The notes beneath the pieces were generated by a model that saw only the letters and a program-made list of their open reading frames with translations, was not told where the DNA came from and searched no databases. From an uncultured Bacteroidota bacterium (GTDB lineage Bacteria; Bacteroidota; Bacteroidia; Flavobacteriales; Flavobacteriaceae), in assembly GCA_902510655.1 (NCBI GenBank), contig CABXBY010000001.1, forward strand, positions 29,398 through 93,397: a stretch of DNA of 64,000 bases, written 5' to 3'. This document shows, piece by piece, positions 60,387 through 64,000 of this stretch. Position numbers and translations under genes: made by a program. Position 1 is the first letter of the stretch. Each line of letters begins with the position of its first letter.

Positions 60387-62720
60387 TTATTTGCCATCAT
60401 ATGATAATGAAAATGGTCTAGATGAATTATCGACTCCAAAATTTTTGTTTGGAGTTTTAGTCATATTAAAATTTAAAGTTCCACCATTTATAATGTCATT
60501 GTAGTCAATCCATGTTTTATTATAATTATAACCATTTAATTTTAATGATTCAATATAATGACTGTCATAGTTATTATTTTCAGAATTTATTGTAAATGTA
60601 TTCCCATTTTCCAAATTCATTGTAACCTTCTCAAAAAGTGGACTACCAAAAACATATTGAGGTACGCCCGGCGTAACAGGGTAAAATCCTAATGCGCTAA
60701 AAACATACCAAGCAGATGTTTGACCATTGTCTTCATCTCCGCAATATCCATCAGGAGTTGCTGAATAAAGCTTCTTCATTACATCTCTTACTTTATTTTG
60801 TGCTTTCCAGGGTTGTTTAGCATAATTATAAAGATAGATCATGTGTTGTATCGGTTGATTTCCATGTGCATAATTTCCCATATTTACAATTTGCATTTCT
60901 CTAATTTCGTGAATAGTAAATCCGTAATAAGAATCATCAAATTTTGGAGGCATTGTAAATACTGAATCTAACTTATCAGTGAATTCTAAATCTCCTCCCA
61001 TTAAATCAATAAGACCTTGGATATCATGAAATACTGACCATGAATAATGTAAACTATTTCCTTCGGTAAAAGCATCTCCCCATTTTAGCGGATTAAAAGG
61101 GGATTGAAATGATCCGTCTTCATTCTTTCCTCTCATCCATTTAGTTTCTGGATCAAAAAGATTTGTATAGTTCATAGATTGCCTTAAAAATCGTTTTGAA
61201 ATTTCTGGTTTATTCATCTTTTTAGCCATTTGTGCAATTGTAAAATCTGCATAAGCATATTCAAGCGATCTAGCTGCATTTTCATTAATTCCAACGTCAT
61301 AAGGTACATATCCTAACATATTGTAATAATCTACACCCTCTCTTCCTACTGATTTTGCTGGACGACCTTCGTTTATATCAGCATTTTTTATTACTGCTTC
61401 TAAAAGAATTTTTTCATCTTTTTCGTTCATATTTCCTTTTAAATAAGCATCAGCAATAATTGGTGCAGAGTTAGAACCAATCATAATATCTCTATGACCT
61501 GGACTTGCCCACTCAGGTAACCAACCTGATTCTTTATAAGTATTAGCTAAGCCTTCCATAATCTGTTTATTTAGTTCAGGGTACATTAAGTTAAAAAACG
61601 GAAAGACAGCTCTAAAAGTATCCCAAAAACCATTATCTGTAAACATATATCCAGGCAAAACTTCCCCATTGTAAGGGCTGTAGTGGACTACTTGACCAGA
61701 TTTGTCAATTTCATAAAATTTTCTTGGGAATAATAAAAGTCTATAAAGACAAGAATAAAATGTACGAATATTATCAAGATTTTCGTCCTCAACTAATAAT
61801 CTTTGAAATTCATTTTCCCAGGAAGATTTAGCTTCTGATTTAACTTCATTAAATGATTTTTTTCCAATTTCCTGTTGAAGATTTAATTCCGCTTGTTCTA
61901 AGCTAATAAATGAAGAAGCCACCTTTACATTAATTTCCTCACCTAATTTAGTTTCAAACCCTATAATTGCTCCTACATGAAATCCCTCACTATCTGTATT
62001 ATCTTCTAATAGTTTCCAATTATCATCCCAGGTGTGATTCAATTTAAAATCTTTATCAAATACCGCTACAAAATAATTATGAAAATTATCAGGAACTCCT
62101 CCATTATTATTTTTACAGTAACCAATAATTTTTCTTTCTTCTGGGATTATTTTTACCATTGAACCCTTATCAAAAGCATCTAAAACAATATAAGAATTAT
62201 CATTTTCAGGAAAAGTAAATCTAAACATTGCTGCCCTCTCTGTTGGTGCAACTTCTGCTGTAACATCGTAGTCTGCTAAATAAGTTTTATAAAAATATGG
62301 TCTAGCCTCTTCAGCTTTGTGTGAAAACCATGAAGCTCTTTCATCTTCTTGAAATTTTAATTCGCCTGTTACAGCCATTAAAGAAAAAGAAGCATAGTCA
62401 TTAAGCCAAGGACTTGGCTGATGCGTTTGTTTTATTCCTCTAATAGTTTCATCATCATATTTATAAGCCCATCCATCTCCCATTTTAGCAGTCTGGGGTG
62501 TCCAAAAATTCATTGCCCACGGAGTTGCGATAGCTGGATATGTATTCCCATTTGATAGACTAAATTTAGAATCCGTGCCCATCAAAGGATTGACTAAATC
62601 AACCAAACTAGAATATTGCTCATTGTTAAATGAGTTGTTAATTTTTTCTTTTTTATCGGAACAAGAATATATTGATAGAATTAAAATTGATGTTAATAGA
62701 ATTTGAAAATGCTTTGTCAT
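60387..62720 (-). CDS. GH92 alpha-mannosidase (lipoprotein)
   Basis: VNPLMGT, GNTYP, THQPSPW, FWDTFRA, TEGNS, HGNQP, GDEDNGQTSAWYVFS. Confidence 0.95.
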   Translation of the reverse strand: MTKHFQILLTSILILSIYSCSDKKEKINNSFNNEQYSSLVDLVNPLMGTDSKFSLSNGNTYPAIATPWAMNFWTPQTAKMGDGWAYKYDDETIRGIKQTHQPSPWLNDYASFSLMAVTGELKFQEDERASWFSHKAEEARPYFYKTYLADYDVTAEVAPTERAAMFRFTFPENDNSYIVLDAFDKGSMVKIIPEERKIIGYCKNNNGGVPDNFHNYFVAVFDKDFKLNHTWDDNWKLLEDNTDSEGFHVGAIIGFETKLGEEINVKVASSFISLEQAELNLQQEIGKKSFNEVKSEAKSSWENEFQRLLVEDENLDNIRTFYSCLYRLLLFPRKFYEIDKSGQVVHYSPYNGEVLPGYMFTDNGFWDTFRAVFPFFNLMYPELNKQIMEGLANTYKESGWLPEWASPGHRDIMIGSNSAPIIADAYLKGNMNEKDEKILLEAVIKNADINEGRPAKSVGREGVDYYNMLGYVPYDVGINENAARSLEYAYADFTIAQMAKKMNKPEISKRFLRQSMNYTNLFDPETKWMRGKNEDGSFQSPFNPLKWGDAFTEGNSLHYSWSVFHDIQGLIDLMGGDLEFTDKLDSVFTMPPKFDDSYYGFTIHEIREMQIVNMGNYAHGNQPIQHMIYLYNYAKQPWKAQNKVRDVMKKLYSATPDGYCGDEDNGQTSAWYVFSALGFYPVTPGVPQYVFGSPLFEKVTMNLENGNTFTINSENNNYDSHYIESLKLNGYNYNKTWIDYNDIINGGTLNFNMTKTPNKNFGVDNSSRPFSLSYDGK

Positions 62721-62792
62721 AATAATTGATTTTTTTAAAACGTTTGGAGTAAGTTTTAAAGTAAAAGTGATTTCTATTTTTGTTAATTAGAT

Positions 62793-62830
62793 AAAAAAAT
62801 TACTCTCCAATATTATTGAAGAGTAATTTT
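62793..62830 (-). terminator. Intrinsic terminator downstream of the susD-like gene
   Basis: AAAATTACTCT...AGAGTAATTTT inverted repeat with a T tract on the minus strand. Confidence 0.7.
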
Positions 62831-62877
62831 ATCCAAAATATTAACTCAAACAAAAACTTTATTAATCTTCAACCTTT

Positions 62878-63999
62878 TTAATAACCTGGGTTTTGTACTA
62901 AATTTGGATTGATATCTAAATCTCTTTGAGGAATTGGTAAATACAATTGATCTACACTAGTAGGATTTTTACCTAAGTTATTTCCACCTGTATCAGTAAG
63001 TCCTTTTAAGTAAGTTACAAGACCTTCTTCCCCGTAGTAACGTTTTAAATCCCAGAATCTTTGACCTTCCATTGCTAACTCTAATCTTCGTTCTTTTAAA
63101 ATAGCCAATGCAACTTCAGATTGAGATGCTGCTGTAGTTGGGGCAAGTTTAACTCTCGCACGAACTTGGTTAAGATAAGTTATTGCTTGTGCAGTTTGAC
63201 CTATTTGATTAAGAGCTTCTGCTCTAAGCAATATGATATCTGAATAACGCATTAATAATATATTCCAACGACCTGAAAACCCATCCCAATGTCTTCCATT
63301 TTTATAAGTATGTGAAACTGGTTCAGTTGGGTCAGCAAATCCAAGAGGAGGATCTGACATTAAAGATCTATCAGTTACAGTAAGAGTTGATGACCATTTT
63401 CTTATTGAATCTCCCATTTCATCAAAAGCTTCGATAAGCTCATGATTGAGTACATTAAATCTAGGAAAAGCCCAACCAACTCCCTCTCCTGGTTTGTCAG
63501 CTTCATGAATTGTTAAATCTCCCGGAGGAAGCATTTGTGCTGGATGATATGTACCAGTCATTGTGCTAGCAACATGTTGAAGTTCAAAAATTGATTCAGT
63601 TGTATTTTGATGATTACCGTCCCATAAGTGATCGTATGTATCCACTAAAGAATAAACACCACTGTCCATAACCTTACCTGCATATTCTGCTGCTTTTGCA
63701 TAATCTCCAGTTTCTACATATACTTTTGCTAAAAGTGATTGAGCAGATCCTTTTGTTCCCCTAGAACTTGTTAAAAATCGATTTGCATGTTCTGTAGGTA
63801 AATAACTTTCAGCCAGTTCTAAATCTTTTACAATTTGAGCATAGACCTCAACTTCAGGACTTTTCGCTGGAAGCAAGTCACCATCTTGTGATAAAATTAA
63901 TGGAACATCTCTGTACTGTCTAGCTAAGTGATAGTAATGAAAAGCTCTTAAAAAATAAGCTTGTCCTAAAATATTTTTTCTTTCAGAATCGGAAAAATT
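62878..63999 (-). CDS. RagB/SusD family nutrient-binding lipoprotein (5' truncated by window edge)
   Basis: Frame open to the window edge (GQAYFLRAFHYY...DVPLI); ESIFEL, MRYSDIILLRAEA, ERRLELAMEGQRFWDLKR, QNPGY. Confidence 0.95.
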   Translation of the reverse strand, partial: NFSDSERKNILGQAYFLRAFHYYHLARQYRDVPLILSQDGDLLPAKSPEVEVYAQIVKDLELAESYLPTEHANRFLTSSRGTKGSAQSLLAKVYVETGDYAKAAEYAGKVMDSGVYSLVDTYDHLWDGNHQNTTESIFELQHVASTMTGTYHPAQMLPPGDLTIHEADKPGEGVGWAFPRFNVLNHELIEAFDEMGDSIRKWSSTLTVTDRSLMSDPPLGFADPTEPVSHTYKNGRHWDGFSGRWNILLMRYSDIILLRAEALNQIGQTAQAITYLNQVRARVKLAPTTAASQSEVALAILKERRLELAMEGQRFWDLKRYYGEEGLVTYLKGLTDTGGNNLGKNPTSVDQLYLPIPQRDLDINPNLVQNPGY

Positions 64000-64000
64000 A

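Larger units (their letters stand above)
50792..64000. mobile_element. Putative tRNA-Ser-anchored genomic island / variable region (no integrase seen; right end not defined)
   Basis: Abrupt switch from core genes to nuclease, orphan and PUL genes directly after the tRNA; contains a recurring ~93-bp repeat. Confidence 0.5.

Overview
AT-rich, very compact genome segment from a Bacteroidota (Flavobacteriaceae-like, probably streamlined marine) bacterium. Positions 1-50.7 kb are core genes: pheT, ABC-F, transaldolase, SRP RNA, glyA, smpB, miaA, purC, dnaN, an ilvD-ilvB-ilvN-ilvC-gapN run, dsbD/tilS/pabB, a nine-gene arg(+proC) operon, lpdA, nhaC, ftsK-lolA-lptF/G-ribB. A tRNA-Ser(TGA) at 50.7 kb is followed by an accessory region. 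That region holds att-like motifs and three same-orientation copies of an unannotated ~93-bp repeat that divide it into gene blocks. The first block is a candidate defence module: an acidic protein plus EVE/PUA-like HNH nuclease, divergent from a coupled four-gene operon (CBS-HEPN, 5'(3')-deoxyribonucleotidase, HNH-like protein, Cas4-like/DUF2779 nuclease). The rest is gluconolactonase and proline iminopeptidase genes and the end of a SusD/GH92/FucP polysaccharide utilisation locus. Other notable items are an unannotated Arg-codon leader peptide with hairpins upstream of the arg operon, and a nitroreductase split by a +1 frameshift. All calls come from reading motifs by eye; no searches were run.
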